Positions 1-13,447 of a DNA stretch of 64,000 nucleotides are shown piece after piece. The stretch is from Okamejei kenojei (taxonomy: Eukaryota): NCBI GenBank assembly GCA_035221665.1, contig CM069137.1:41230001-41294000 (forward strand), read 5' to 3'. The position numbers and the translations under genes were made by a program. Below the pieces are notes generated by a model. It saw only the letters and a list, made by a program, of their open reading frames with translations, was not told the DNA's origin and ran no database searches. Each line of letters begins with the position of its first letter. The stretch's first letter is position 1.

Positions 1-297
1 TTGCCGCGCTTATCTCCCGACCCGATCGAAAGTGCAAGTCATCGCTGGACCCACGCTTTGACTGAACCCTCCGTCCGGACCTATCCAACTCTAAAACTCC
101 AACTGACGGCGAGCCAGCTTTACGGAGTTAAATACTCTGCAGGGAAAGTTGTTTAAAACACTTACCTGCAAGTTCTACTTACTGCTGGTGGAGCTGCGCC
201 CTCCAGCACGTTCAGTGCGACATGCGCGGACGTAATGATGTGCATGCGCCTGGCAGGGCTTCTTCACGTAGTCACTCACGTGACTCCGAAGTGAAAT
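1..297 (-). mobile_element. Terminus of a DIRS1-type (tyrosine recombinase) retrotransposon, continuing off the left edge
   Basis: Ends in ...TCACGTAGTCACTCACGTGACTCCGAAGTGAAA, matching the terminus of the DIRS element at ~18400-18430 and complementary to its ICR at ~14160-14190. It abuts the 3' part of a host microexon. Confidence 0.7.
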
Positions 298-3289
298 GAG
301 ACATCGCTAGAAGAACCCTCAAATGTGAGTATTAACTAATAACTATCAGATGATTTATCTTGTTGATCTCAATCATTAGCAGTGAAGTGTTAGCCACTCC
401 ATTCAGAATAGTGAGTAAGACAGCGTGGTGCCCCAGTTTGATATGGAGGGAGAGGATTCTGATATTTGATTTCATTGCATGATGGGTCTGGTCTCTAGTG
501 AAGATGAATTTGGCATCAACAGGACAGGATTACTGGATTAGTGACTCCTAAACTCACACCAGTAATCATCTCTGAGTGTGAATCTTCCCTGGAGGAAACC
601 AAGATTCAATTGAACAGATGGCAATTGACACCTGTGCTACCTGCCTTAGGGATATCCATTGACTCTGCACATCTGCTTTACCAGGTAGTATTTTGAATAT
701 TGGGGCATTGTAGGGAGTGAGACTTTGAGTTGAGCTTTCTCAGTCCAGTACTGCCTCATTGAATCAACCCTTGGGAATGTAGGATTAACAATCCCTCATT
801 TATAATTCACTATTACGTTATGCTTTGTGGAGGGACTCTAATTATGCTTGTTACTTACCAAATACATGCTGAGCTAATTTTGGAAATGTTAATGCTTCCA
901 TGCAGATGAAAAGCAAGTCAGAAGAAACTTCATTGGAAGAATCTTCAAATGTAAATTTGATTTGGGAATTGTCATCTCTTGACTTTCATTTGCAATAGGG
1001 TGTAAAACCTTGATTGATCTGTCAGAATGGAGATTCCAATTTTATCTCATAGTATGTTTGTTTCAAACCATGGAAGAGAGGATACTGCCTGGTCTTTGAA
1101 TTTTATCTTCCACCTCAACACCACTTTACTGAACTTACACTGTAACCCTTGATTCCTCAAACTGACAAAATCCTCTCAATTTCTATTCTGATTGAACTCA
1201 GCGACTGAGCCTCCATGGGTCTCTGGGGTGGTGAGTTCCAAAGTCCACCCCCCAGTAAAGAGGTTCCTCCTCAATTCAATTCTAATTTTGAGATTTTTAC
1301 ACAATCTCTAGATGTCTTAGCAAATACAATTGCTGCCTGTGCCACCTGCTAAAGGAATATCCATTGACTCTGCACAGCTCCTTTACAACCACTATTTTGA
1401 ATTGGGGCACTGTAGAGAAACAGAGAATAATTGAAAAATAGGTGCAGGAGTAGGCCATTCAGCCCTTCGAGCGAGCAATACCATTCAATATGATCATGGC
1501 TGATCATCTAAAATCAGTACCCTATTCCTGCTTTTTCCCCATATCCCTTGATTCCTTTAGCCTCAAGAGCTAAATCTAACCGTCTCTTGAAAGTGAGACT
1601 TTTAGTTGAGTTTCCTCAGTCCAACACTACATCATTGAATTAACATTCGTGAATTGCTTGTTCTGCTAGCTCTAAACCACAAAACTAGAATGTCCAGAGC
1701 TAACAATGAATCTATTATCATTCAATATTTAATACTTGTGCATGCTTGTAATTTACAATTTCCAATACAGATTATTGTCTTATAGTTCAGTTTCAATTCA
1801 GTTTAGTTTACTGTCATGTGTACTGAGGTACAGTGAAAAGCTTAAAACATATACACCAGGGTGCAATGAAATTCCTTGATCGCAGGAAGCTACCGAGGCA
1901 AAGATACATATAGTAAAAATAACAGTAAACACAATAGAAGACAGTAGTGCAAACTGAAGTACAATAATGGAATAAATAAATAAGGTAAAGTTAAGAGTAT
2001 GTGGCAGTAACTCTGCGAAGGGAGGGATAAAGAAAGAGGTGATTGTTTCAGGAGTTTGACAGCAATTCATATATTTTCAAAATTACTAATTAGTATCCTC
2101 AACTAAATATATAAACATTATTTCCAAACAGGACAAATCCAAATCAGCAGAGATATCACAGGAGGATCAGAAAATGTGAGTAGAAATAGAAAGGTTTTCA
2201 GTTGATCTAGCTGATCATGACTGCGTGTAAAAATGTTTAATATCTTGGTTTAAATATGTTAAAATAAAGCGAGAGACAGTATTTATTGTAACTCAATTCA
2301 TTGAGAAAGTGATTCCGGTTTGATTCCTGTGGGAGGGTTGGGCTGTGGGGGGGAATTGTTGACTTTAGCTCCAATACAAAGGATGGCGCTGTTTCTCTTC
2401 ATAGAAAAAGTAAGCTGAGTATCAATAGGATTGTTGCAATGCATCGCAAGAGCAATGTTTGTACCAATCACAAACAACAGAGCCATCATGTTGGTGAAGA
2501 ACAATGCTAATATACCCAATGCTAATGCATGGGAAGGGGGGTGATACCATTCATTACCCCACTGACCCCACTAACCCCATTTATCTAGACATTATTGACC
2601 ATTGTTGAGCTGCAGAACAGAAATGTTTTGGTGAGGTCTTTTCAACTCACATACTGAATCTCTAATATGCCCTGATATATTTAGGATCTTCATTATTTTG
2701 TCCAAAGGTTTTTCTTCGCATCCTTTCATTTAACAGGCTGAACATAACAAATATTAATATTTTCATGGTTAAAAGACATCAAAAGAGACATCAATTGAAG
2801 GGTCTTCCAATGTAAGTTCATCAGGAAATTCTTATCCATTAATTAATGGAATAATTCCACCACTTTTAGGTCTAGAATTTATCTCAGACACATATCAATA
2901 TTTGGCTGCACTTCAGATTGTAACATGTCCTAATCTGCATTTATCAGTGATTTGGCAAATCTAAATTTTAAAGTGATTCTTTACCCAGTTATAAATTTCA
3001 TCTATTTAAACCTTGTGTTTAGAGACAAACCTAAAATTGTAAATAATTGTCTTGTCAAACAGATGAAAAGCAAGTCAACAGAATTATCTCTGGAGGAGTC
3101 TTCAAAAGTAAGTGTAAACAGAGGCTTTGAGTCCATGTATTCATCGTTAAAACCAATGATTTAAAAACTTAAGACAGAGTAAGCCTCAGTCCCCAACAAA
3201 TTACAATTATTTGGTGTGTCTATTCCCAGGAAACAGAAAGAGGACTCAAGAGGAAGACACTAACCATGAAGGAAACTCCTAGTGCCTGA
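298..3289 (+). pseudogene. 3' half of SPP2-like gene copy 0 (Ser/Glu-rich microexons and last exon), probably disabled
   Basis: Truncated exon 298-324 (ETSLEEPSN|GTGAGT); 906-950 (MKSKSEETSLEESSN); 2132-2175 (44 nt, DKSKSAEISQE..., -1 frameshift); degenerate exon ~2768-2811 (...KETSIEGSSN|GTAAGT, no AG acceptor); 3063-3107 (MKSKSTELSLEESSK); last exon from 3230 with one extra nt relative to copies A/B. Introns and 3'UTR are homologous to copy A. Confidence 0.75.
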
Positions 3290-3480
3290 ACTCAGGTGAA
3301 CATAAGAAGACTGCATTCAGAATAAACCAGACACTGTCACCTGTATGTGCACATGCTCATATGCAAGGACAGGGGCCTGGAGCTCCTGCTTGTACATAAC
3401 TAGGAGATTCGTTATGGGAGTACTGTTGTCATGTCTGTTCATTTCTGTATATTATGTTCTAAATTCATTGTTGATCCACA

Positions 3481-3486
3481 AATAAA
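3481..3486 (+). terminator. Polyadenylation signal of copy 0
   Basis: AATAAA at the same 3'UTR position as in copy A (31510-31515) and copy B (45192-45197). Confidence 0.6.
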
Positions 3487-3769
3487 ATTATTTACAACAA
3501 TTCATGCATTTGATATATCTGAGGATATGTGAGAAACCAGAGAGGATATTGCGGAGCCATGGTTGAAATTTCTGAGTCATCTTTAAATACGGAGGGGTGC
3601 CTGAAAGACTGGAGGGTGGTAATGTTGTGCCTCTATTCAAGAAGGGCTGCAGAGAAAATGCTGGGAACTATAGGCTAGTGAGTTTAACATCTGTAATTGA
3701 AAGTTACCAGAGAGTATTCTGAGGGAAAGATTACAGGCATTTAGTCGGACAAAGGCTGAATAGGGGTAA

Positions 3770-4569
3770 AGGCGCTGTCCCACTGCGGCGACCTAATCTG
3801 CGCATTTAGAAGAGTTTGCCTTCGACTCAAACTCGCAGCATGGTTGACACGTGGACCTAGGCGGTCCTATGAGGTCACAGAAACTCTCCTTCATGCACGA
3901 GGGAAGTTCCCTAATGCTCGCAGCCTCAGTTTGGTCGAGGAAATATTTTATGGACGGTATGGTTATTTTGAACTCGGAGTGCAGTGGAATGGGCTCGCTA
4001 TGTAGTTACAGGCAGTCGAGGGCAGCCGTAGGCAATCTCCTTCACTGACTGGGCATTTTAATTGGCTCATTGGAGTTTTCAGGCCAAGGAAAACCGACTG
4101 GTATGTTAAAATACCCGCAAAACTTTATTAAAAGTTGTCAGGCTTCTTAAAAGTGTCTCCACTCCTTCTCCCCCCTTCTCTCCCCTTTCTCCCCCCTTCT
4201 CCCCCCTTCCCCCCCTTCTCCCCCCTTTGCTCCCCTTCTCCCCCCTTTGCTCCCCTTCTCCCCCCTTTGCTCCCCTTCGCTCCCCTTCTCTCCCCTTCTC
4301 TTGCCCCCCCCCCCCTGCGCTCCTCTAGAGGACTTACCATACAATGTGCAGCCGTCTTTTACCTTTCTGTTCATCATGGGTGTGAATTTCAGACAGCAGA
4401 GGCCCCTGCCTTTGCGATGTGTTTGTATGCGTGTGTGTGTGCGGTCGGTCGATCCAGCTCATGGTTTCATCGCTGATGGTCGATCCAGCTCAAGGTTTTT
4501 CAGGCGAGTGCCCTTGGGCTTGGAGGTCGAAGACAGTCGCTGAAAGGTCGCGTCAGTGGGACAGGCCCT
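3770..4569. mobile_element. Non-autonomous DNA transposon (PIF/Harbinger-like MITE) inserted in CR1
   Basis: Imperfect ~25-bp TIRs (AGGCGCTGTCCCACTGCGGCGACCT / AGGTCGCGTCAGTGGGACAGGCCCT) flanked by a TAA duplication (3767-3769, 4570-4572); CR1 sequence is continuous across it. Confidence 0.75.
4165..4316. repeat. Polypyrimidine low-complexity tandem repeat, (CTCCCCCTT)-like
   Basis: Directly visible C/T-rich short-period repeat inside the MITE. Confidence 0.9.
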
Positions 4570-4923
4570 TAATCAGCATGGTTTTGTATGTGGGAGATCA
4601 TGTCTTACAAATCTGTTTGGAGTTTTTTGAAGACGTAACCAAAAAGGTCGATGAGGGCAGAGCTGTAGATGTTGTATATATGGACTTCAGCAAACCATCC
4701 AACAAGGTTCCGTATGGTAGGCTGCTCTGGAAGGTTAGATTGCATGGGATCCAGGGAGATATAGCTGAATGGATAGAAAATTGGCTTCAGGGAAAGAAGC
4801 AGAGGGTGGTGGTGGAAGGTTGTTTCTCAGACTGGAGGCCTGTGACTAGTGGTGTGCCTCAGGGTTCGGTGCTGGTCCCGTTATTGTTTGTCATTTATAT
4901 CAATGATTTGGATGAGGACATAC

Positions 4924-4924
<1 letters not shown>

Positions 4925-4990
<66 letters not shown>

Positions 4991-5112
4991 ATTGTTTATA
5001 GGGCGCTTTCAGGACTCTCAAGGACACCTTACAATTAAAAGCATGCCACCATACAATTAAAACAAGTATGAAACAAAAACAACATATACAGCAACAATAC
5101 ACAATTCGGAAA
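4925..5112 (-). mobile_element. Short 3' end of an L2-type LINE/SINE with a (ATT)n tail, seen as (AAT)n at 4925-4988
   Basis: Minus strand reads ...GTGTCCTTGAGAGTCCTGAAAGCGCCCTATAAACAATG(TAT)n, resembling L2-clade 3' ends; it interrupts the CR1 RT just before KFADD. Confidence 0.55.
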
Positions 5113-8100
5113 GTTGTGGCAAGATTAGCAAGTTTGCTGATGACACAAAAGTGGGTGCGTTTGCGGATAGTGAAGATGGTTGTGAAAAATAGCAGCAGGA
5201 TCTTGATCGGTTGGCCAGGTGGGCAAAGGAATGGTTGATGGAATTTAATGCAGTGAAATGTGAGTTGTTAAATTTTGGAAAGTCTAACATGGACAGGACC
5301 TACGCAGTAAATGGTGGGGCTCTGGGTAGTGTTGTAGAGCAGAGGGAGCTCGGAGTGCAGGTGCATAGTTCCTTGAAGGTGGAGTCGCAGGTAGCTAAAG
5401 TGGTCAAAAAGGCTTTTGGCACATTAGCCTTCATTGGCCTTCATCAGCCAGAGTATTGAGTATGGAAATTGAGAAGTCATGGTACAGTGGTATAAGACGT
5501 TGGTGTGGCCGATTTTAAAGTATTGTGTTCATTTATGGGCACCGTAAAGGTATACCATTTAAATCAAAGAATATCATAGCAGATAAAGAGGGGAGGGGAG
5601 AAATTCACTCTACCCCACTTACTATGATAAATGTTTATGCTCCCAACTTTGATAACCCCAAATTCTTTATAAAATTCTGGATATAATTTCAGAGTTTAAT
5701 TATCAAAACATGACAATAGGGGGAGACTTCAATTGTGTTCTAGATACCATATCTGGATAAACCAGCAAAACAAAAAAGGATTAATATAAAATCTAAAACT
5801 AGTGAACTCCTAAATACATACATAAAAAAACACAAATATAACGGATGTATGGAGGATCGCTAATCCAGTTGGAAGGGAATACTCATTTTATTCAATGGTA
5901 CATAAAAGTTATTCACGTATCGACTATTTTTTAGTGGATACAAAATTAATTCTGTACACTCTAAATATCATAATACAACTCTAAATATCATAATAGTATT
6001 ATTTCTGATCACTCCCCGTTAACTTTTTTTCTTAAAATTAGAAGGAATGTCTGATAAAAAATAGTTCTGGAGATTTAACCCCCAAATTGTAAACAACTCA
6101 CAAGGTTGTACATATTTAAAACAGCAGATGAAATTCTTCTTTGAGACTAAAGATACACTAGGTATCTCACCCTCCTTATTATGGGAAGCTTTTAAGGCAT
6201 TCATTAGAGGAACTATAATTTCATATCAAGCTTTCCAAAATAAAAAGAACAACACTGAACAATTGCAGCTAGAACAACAAGTTAGACAATTAGGTAATGC
6301 CCAATAACCAACCATAGACAAACATAATAAGATGACAATATTGAAATATAAATTAAATAAAATGTTATCGGCAAGAGTAATAAGATTATTTCAAATTACA
6401 AAACAGGAAAACCTCGAATTCGGTGATAAACCACATAAACTCTTAGCACGTCAACTGAAAAAACGGGAAAAGGAAAATACAATTACTAAAATTAAATCAG
6501 ATAAAGGTTAATTATTAACATTGCCTAAAGACATTAACAAAAGATTTGCTCAATTTTATCAAAATCTATATACATCTAATACCTCTTTAGATAATATTAA
6601 AATTATAAACTTCTTAGACAATTGTAATCTTCCAAAACTTAACACGTTGGAACAAGAAGAATTAGGAGCTCAGATTACACTTAAAGAAATAGAAGAAACA
6701 ATAAACTCATTGAAGAATGGTAAAACGCCAGGACCAGATGGCTTTAGTAATGAATTCTATAAACGATTCTATGAGATAATTTCACCACACTTACAAAATT
6801 TATATATACATGCTTTTAAAGAAAATATACTACCAGAAACACTAACCGAATCAACTATTACTTATACCTAAAAAGGATAAAGATCTAAAAGAACCAGGTT
6901 CATATAGAGCCACTCTTAAATACAGATCAAAAAGTATTTGCAAAGACCATAGCAAGAAGATTGAGTAAATATGTTTAGTAAACTAATAAACCCGATCAAA
7001 CAGGGTTTATGCCCAAGAGATAACTCATTCAACAATTTGAGATGTCTAATTTAATATAATGTTATTCACATTAAAACTGAAGAAGAAGACTTATCAATTA
7101 TTTCACTGGATGCAGAAAAAGCATTTGATCAAGTAGCATGGCAATATCTGTTTTAAAGTATTGCAAACATTTTAATATGGGAGAGAATTTTATCTCATGG
7201 GTAAAATTTACTATATGACAAGCCGTCTGTTAGAATACTGAGACAATAATATATTATCTTCGAAATTCCAATTATCAAGGGCAATAGACAGGGGTGTGCA
7301 CTATCGCCCCTGCTATTTGCACTTGTGATAGAGCTTCTAGCAGAAAAGTATATGAAGCCATCTGAATATTCATGGGTGAAATACCAAACACTCAAACAAC
7401 AAAATGTCATTATACGCAGCCAACATATTATTGTACATTACAAATTCACAAATTATCATACCAAATATATTAAATTTAATAGAGGAAGATTTTTGGTTCC
7501 TTTTCAGGATATAGAATATATTGGAATAAAAGCGTAATTATGATGATAAAACCTCAAGAGCCGACACATCTGTTAAAGTCCCTTTTAGAATTGCAACAGA
7601 AAAATTCAAATATAAATCAATTATTTTAACGCAAACTACATCCTTTATCAACTAAACTGAATGTGTTGATTAAATTCTGGAAAACATTGGCGATGTCCTT
7701 AATAGGCAGAATAAATGCTATAAAAATTATCTTTTTAGCACAAATACTGTACCTATTTCAATCAATTACCGATATACTTACCAAAAAAAGTATTACAAAA
7801 ATTAGACTCTGATATTACAAATTTCATATAGGACTATAGATCACATAGAATCCAAAGAAAACATCTGTGTAAACCTAAAGAATTTGGGGATCTGACACAA
7901 CCCCAACTTGCTGTACTACTATTGGGCGGTGAATATCAAAAATATAATTTACTGTTGGACAGTTCTGCCCCAACAAGTAGACTGGATAAGAAACGGAGAA
8001 AGAGAATAGTTTTCCCTATAATATAGGAGCGATTTCTTCTCTCTCTGATAAAACTGAACAATATAATATATAAGAAGAATCCAATTATTCACAGAATAAT

Positions 8101-8436
8101 ACGAATTTGGAAACAAATAAAATTAACTTTAAAATTCAGAAATTTTTCTTTCCCCAATAGTCAACATCCCTCATTCAAACCATCTATTATTGATAAAACG
8201 TTTATCCATTGGGAAATAATAGGAATTAAAATGATTGGAGACATGTATGAAATGGGAAAACTTCTATCATTCCAACAATTACAATTAAAATATAATCTGA
8301 AAAGTAATCAATATTTCAAAATACCTTCAAATTCGAGATTAATTTGAAAAAAACACATACAAGGATATCAAACTCTAACCTCAGATTTATTAGATGAAGG
8401 GATGAACAGAAAGGCAGAATCAAACAATTTAAATAT

Positions 8437-8859
8437 ATAAGGTTGAACAAGTTAGGTCTTTATTCTTTGGAGCGCAGAAGATTAAGTGGGGACTTGATTG
8501 AGGTCTTTAAAATGATGAAAGGGATAGACAGAGTTGACGTGGATACGTTTTTTTTCCCACTGAGGGTGGGAAGATTCAAACAAGAGGGCATGACATGAGA
8601 ATTAAGGGACAGAGGTTTCGGGTAACGTGAGGGGGAACTCTTTACTCAGAGGGTGGTGGCTGTGTGGAATCAGCTTCCAGCAGAGTGGTGGAGGCAGGAT
8701 CGATTTTACATTTTAAAGAGTAAAGTGGATAGGTATATGGACGTGAAGGGAATGGAGGGGTATGGTCTGAGTGCAGGTAGATGGGACTAGGGGAAAACAA
8801 ATGGTCGGCACGGACTGGAAGGGCCGAGAGGGCCTGTTTCCGTGCTGTAATTGTTATAT
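8437..8859 (+). mobile_element. CR1 3' fragment nested in the L1-clade element; tail resumes at 13448
   Basis: RLNKLGLYSLERRRL... and a 3'UTR near-identical to the CR1 at 22281-24190; the TATGGTTA-type tail is split by the Gypsy element. Confidence 0.85.
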
Positions 8860-11800
8860 TGTGGGGTTACTATCCCGAAATTAAGGCGAGGAGCCAGGTG
8901 TAGGGAAGTACCTTTTTATTCAGGTCTCTCAATTCGTCAGGATGTCCAAAAAGAGAGCAAGATGGCACCCAAACCCTTGCCTTTAAACCCTCTGGTTAAG
9001 GGCCCGCCTCTGGACTGCACCATTCCCTGTGCCGAGGGGTTTGACTGTTAGGATGGGCCCGACCCTTGGGAGCCGCCACAGGACCCCCCCCCAGAACCTG
9101 ATTGTACGAAACGCACCGGCGGGCGCACAGCACGGCCGGACTGCGTGCGGGAGTGCGGGAGCACAGGTGGAGGGACAGGTGGAGGGACCGGTGGAAGGAC
9201 AGGCGGAGGGAGCCCGTGAGGGAGGGCGCCCTCGAGGCCGAGGTCGGGCAACCAGCACTGGCTGGTCAATGTCCAGATGTGCCGGCTTCAACCGGTTCAA
9301 TTGACACGGTCTCCGGGTGGCCCCCCATGTCCAACACAAAAGTCGTCTGCCCGTGTTGCAGCACTTTGAATGGGGCCCTCGTACGCCTCTGAAGCGGCAT
9401 CCGGTGGGCATCACGGCGCAGGAAAACGCAGGGGCCAGTCCCGGAGGGCTGATGGCACATGCGGGCGAAATGGTCCCATGGCGGGACATCGGGGACGGGT
9501 GCGAGGCTGCCAACTCGCTCGCGAAGGCGCTTTAGAGTGGATGAGGGAGTTCCTTGTTGCCCCAGTGCCGACCGGCATGAACTCCCGGGTACCGTGAGGG
9601 GCGATCCTAAACCGAGCTCCGCCGATGATGAGGCCAAATCCTCTTTGGGGGCAGTCCGATGCCCAACAAGACCCAAGGCAACTCGTCCATCCAGTCCGGG
9701 CCGGAGAGTCGTGCCTTCAGCGCTGACTTGAGCTGCCGGTGGAACCTCTCCACCAGTCCATTGGCTTGCGGGTGATAAGCCGTGGTGTGGTGTAGCCGCA
9801 CCCCCAACAAGTGAGGCCATGGCCGACCACAGCTCGGAGTGAACTGTGGCCCCCGGTCCGAGAAATGTGCGACGGCACCCAAAGCGAGCAATTGAATCCA
9901 GTGGGCGACAACGCACGAGCGCATGTAGCTGTTTGAAGTATCAGCCAAGGGAATGGCCTCCGGCCACCTAGTGAAACGGTCCCACCATAGTGAGGAGGTG
10001 GGTATGCCCCGGGACGGCGGAAGAGGCCCCCACGAATGTCCACATGGAGGTGGTCAAATCGCCGGTAGGTAGGCCGAACTCCCTGGAAGGGGTGCCCGAC
10101 ATGCCGCTGGATCTTGCCGTCTGGCACGGAATGCGGTTCGAGCCCATGTCCCAACCTGCTTGCGGCAACCGTGCCACCTGAACCTAGCAGCCACCAGTGC
10201 CGTCGTCGCCGGAATTGATGGGAGAAGCCAGCCCGTGGATCACTCGAACACCCCCGGCGCCATGCGTCAGGGACGATGGGGCGCGGCTGGACCGGGACGA
10301 CAACATCGCACAAGATCGTCGCCCTTCCAGGACCGAGGGGACATCCTCGGGCGAAGGCCGGAGATTGGCTGTCCGGGGATTGAGGGCGGGAATCTCAGCG
10401 TCGTGAGCTGCGCAATCCGCCAGGTCAGAAAAGTCAATTCCTGGTGCCAAAACCGCGAAAACGGCGTCGATGGCGGGGCGGACAATGCCGTCGGCCAACC
10501 CGGTTTCTCTCCAACCGCCTCGACGTACGAATTGATGTCGTAACACCGAAATGTAGGCCAACTGCCGCTGCGCCGTGCGGACACAGGTGTCGAAAGAAAC
10601 CTTTGCCAGGGCGAAAGAGGTGGCTTGTGTCCGTGTACCGGTGTAGGGCGCCCTCCAAAAAGTAACAGAAATGCTCCACCGCCAGGTACTGACCAGGAGC
10701 ATCGCAATCGAATGCGCTGTAATTTGGCCTAGCTCGGTTGATGTGACGCTGAAGAAGGCTAGGGCCCGTCCAACCTCCCGTCCGTCAGTTTGTTCCAGCA
10801 CGGCACCGACTGCAACTCCGAGGCGTCCACCGTGAAGCTGGCGGGGCAATTCCCCGCGATGCTCCAACGTACGCCCGAGCAAGGGCCTCCTTCGCGCCGT
10901 CAAATGCCAGCCACCGCCGCTTTGGTCCACTTGACGCTCTTATGCGCCCACCCCCCAAATTGATACAGTGGCCCGCATGATGTGGCTGCCGGATGGGCAC
11001 AAAACGGTGATAACATGCCACCACTTCCGACAAACTCCTGCAGGCCTCGCACCGATTATGGACGGGGAAACCGACGTATGGCGTCGACCCTGTCCTCATG
11101 GGAAGGCACGCCTTGCGATATCACGCGGTGGCCGAGAAGTCGATCTCTGTTACTACCCCAAACGGCATTTGGCGATGTTGACAGCCAAGCCATGCACGCA
11201 GACCTCTGACAAAGCTGCCGAGGTTGGCGCAGATCTCCTGCTGCGAGCGGCTGGCCACCAGAATGTCGTCGAGGCAAGACAAAAACAAAGTCCAGGCCAC
11301 GACACACCCCGTCCATCTGGCTTTGGAATGCTTAGCACATTTTTGAGGCCCGAACGGCAATCCGCAGGAATTCGTAAGGCCGAACGGCGTGATGACGCCG
11401 TCTTGGGTACATCCTCCGGGTGGACTGGGATCTTGTTCTAACCCCGTACCAGATCCACTTTGGAAAATATAGTAGCCCCAGCCAAATGGGCGGTGAAGTT
11501 CCCTGAATTGTGGGGTACGGGGTATCGAACTGGGCGGTTGTTGCTGCATCAGCCGCCGAAAATCCCCGCAGGGTCCGCCATCCCGCCGCTAGCTTAGGGA
11601 CCACCAGTGGATGTGGGATGCCCATGGGCTGCTTGAAGGCGGACCATCCCCAAGGACTCCATGTGCTGGACTTCCTGCCGTGCCAGACTTATTTTAATCC
11701 GGCGGCTGTCGGCGTGCTCGTGCGTGGAGAGGTGGGCCAGTAGTCTGAATGAAATGATCCACCCCGTCAGACTGGGGGTCGTAACCCGAAAACTGTGGTC

Positions 11801-13447
11801 AGTAATTCGGAACGCTGCTAATATCCTGGGGCCGGAAGCGGGAATCCACAGACGACAGGGGACGACCAACCGGCTCATTCCAATCGCAGCGTGATCGGCT
11901 CATCGTGCGGCGTTGACCAATACGCCTGACAGCCTGACGTCCACTAGGATGGAATGCGCCCGAGGAATCGGCCCCGAGCAACGGCTGGTGAGACGTCCGC
12001 ATGGTGAAGTACAGCCAGGAGAAATGCAGGAGCCGAACACAATCGGGACTCATTGCGCAATTCATACGTGCGGATGGGGCTGGACCATTCGCAGCGGTGA
12101 GGACGGGCCCCGCGCTTACCGGAACCGAAAGTCAGCCAGCGAAGGGGGCAGGACGCTCAGCTCTGCCCCCGTTAATCGACGAGGAAGCGGGTCCGGAGCG
12201 CCGATCCCAGGCGAAGAGTCGGTGGATCAGCCGGACAGCCGTAGGACTATATGCAGCCGGCCCAGGCGTTTCCGGTAACGTGCACGACTGACAGCATCTC
12301 CGGGCTCGGCGCCCCAGTGCTGGGTGGTTAATAGCACCCAGCGCTTCCTGTTGGCACCTTGGAGCCTTGCTGCCGGTATGGAACAGCAGGTGCAGTACCG
12401 CGGTGCGGCCGCGGGGGGCGATCTTATCGGCCTCCGGGATGCAGCTGCAACTCCTCCATCCACCCGCTCCCCCGCCCCACCGGAGGAAATCGTGAGGGAA
12501 GCTGCCGGAGTGACGTCATCGGAGCGCGCCGTCTGCGTCGCGTCAGCGAGCCTGGCAACGGCCATCGCGTTGACGTCATCAGAGCGCGCCGTCCATAAGC
12601 GCATTAACCTGCTGGCCTGGCAACGGCCAGCGCGTTGACGTTATCTGGCGCGCGCCATCCACAGCGCGTCGTACGCGCCTACCGAGGGCCCTGAGGTCGG
12701 TGAAGGAGACGTCCGTGAGCTGCAGACGGATGTAGGCCGGCAGCAGAATGCAGGTAAATATATCGAACAGTAGGCACGCGTGTGCCCATTCTCCCTACCC
12801 AACAGCGCGACCATCTCCTTGAGGAGGCTCGATGGCCGCCGGTCGCCTATGGCCCTCCATATGAAGGATCCTTGCAGCGCTCTTCATCCTGCAAGACCAT
12901 ATATTTCAAGCAGAGCTGCTTAAGGCCGCGGTATTTCTCGGTGGCCGAGGGTCCGCAATGAAGTCTGTGACCTCATCAACCGTGTCCCGTCAAGGGCCCC
13001 CACCAGATAATAGAAGCGAGTGTCGTCGGCCTTATTCTTCCCCGCAGGTTTGAATTGGGGCCTCCCTCCGCCTGCTGAAACCAGATGTGCGGCCCGGGTG
13101 GACCAAAAGGTAGGGCAAGTTCACCGAGACCGCGTTCCAGAGACAGGGCCGGTTGGCCATTTGAGGGGAAGCTTTGCTCTCCATCATGGACAACAATGGA
13201 ACGTCTGGGTCACCAATGTGGGGTACTATCCCGAAATTAAGGCGAGGAGCCAGGGTAGGGAAAGTACCTTTTTATTCAGGTCTCTCAAATTCGTCAGGAA
13301 GTCCAAAAAGAGAGCAAGATGGCACCTCCCCAAACCCTTGCCTATTAAACCCTCTGATAAGGGCCGCCTCTGACTGGCACCATTCCCCTGCCGATGGTTT
13401 GGGTTTTTTACTGTTAGGATGGCCCGACCCATGTGGAGACCGCCACA
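8860..13447 (-). mobile_element. Full-length but frameshifted Gypsy/Ty3 LTR retrotransposon
   Basis: TG...CA LTRs at 8860-9080 and 13217-13447; ATAT TSD (8856-8859, 13448-13451); PBS TGGTGACCCAGACGT (tRNA-Trp-like, 13201-13215); G-rich PPT next to 9080; RT (LDDILVAS) and integrase (HHTTAYHPQANGLVERFHRQLK) in Gypsy order. Confidence 0.92.

Larger units (their letters stand above)
3515..5545 (+). mobile_element. CR1 LINE (RT region), 5' part; its 3' part resumes at 19109-19625
   Basis: ORF text [45 protein letters not shown]; the sequence continues after the L1-clade insertion across a TTATGGGCACCGT duplication. Confidence 0.9.

Noticed and set aside
4128-5102. Pro/Gly-rich, poly-Asn and poly-Ile ORFs
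   Set aside because: They are translations of the pyrimidine repeat and the (AAT)n microsatellite within TEs.
8983-13373. Many overlapping GC-rich ORFs as host genes
   Set aside because: All lie between the two LTRs; they are frameshifted gag-pol pieces or antisense shadow ORFs.
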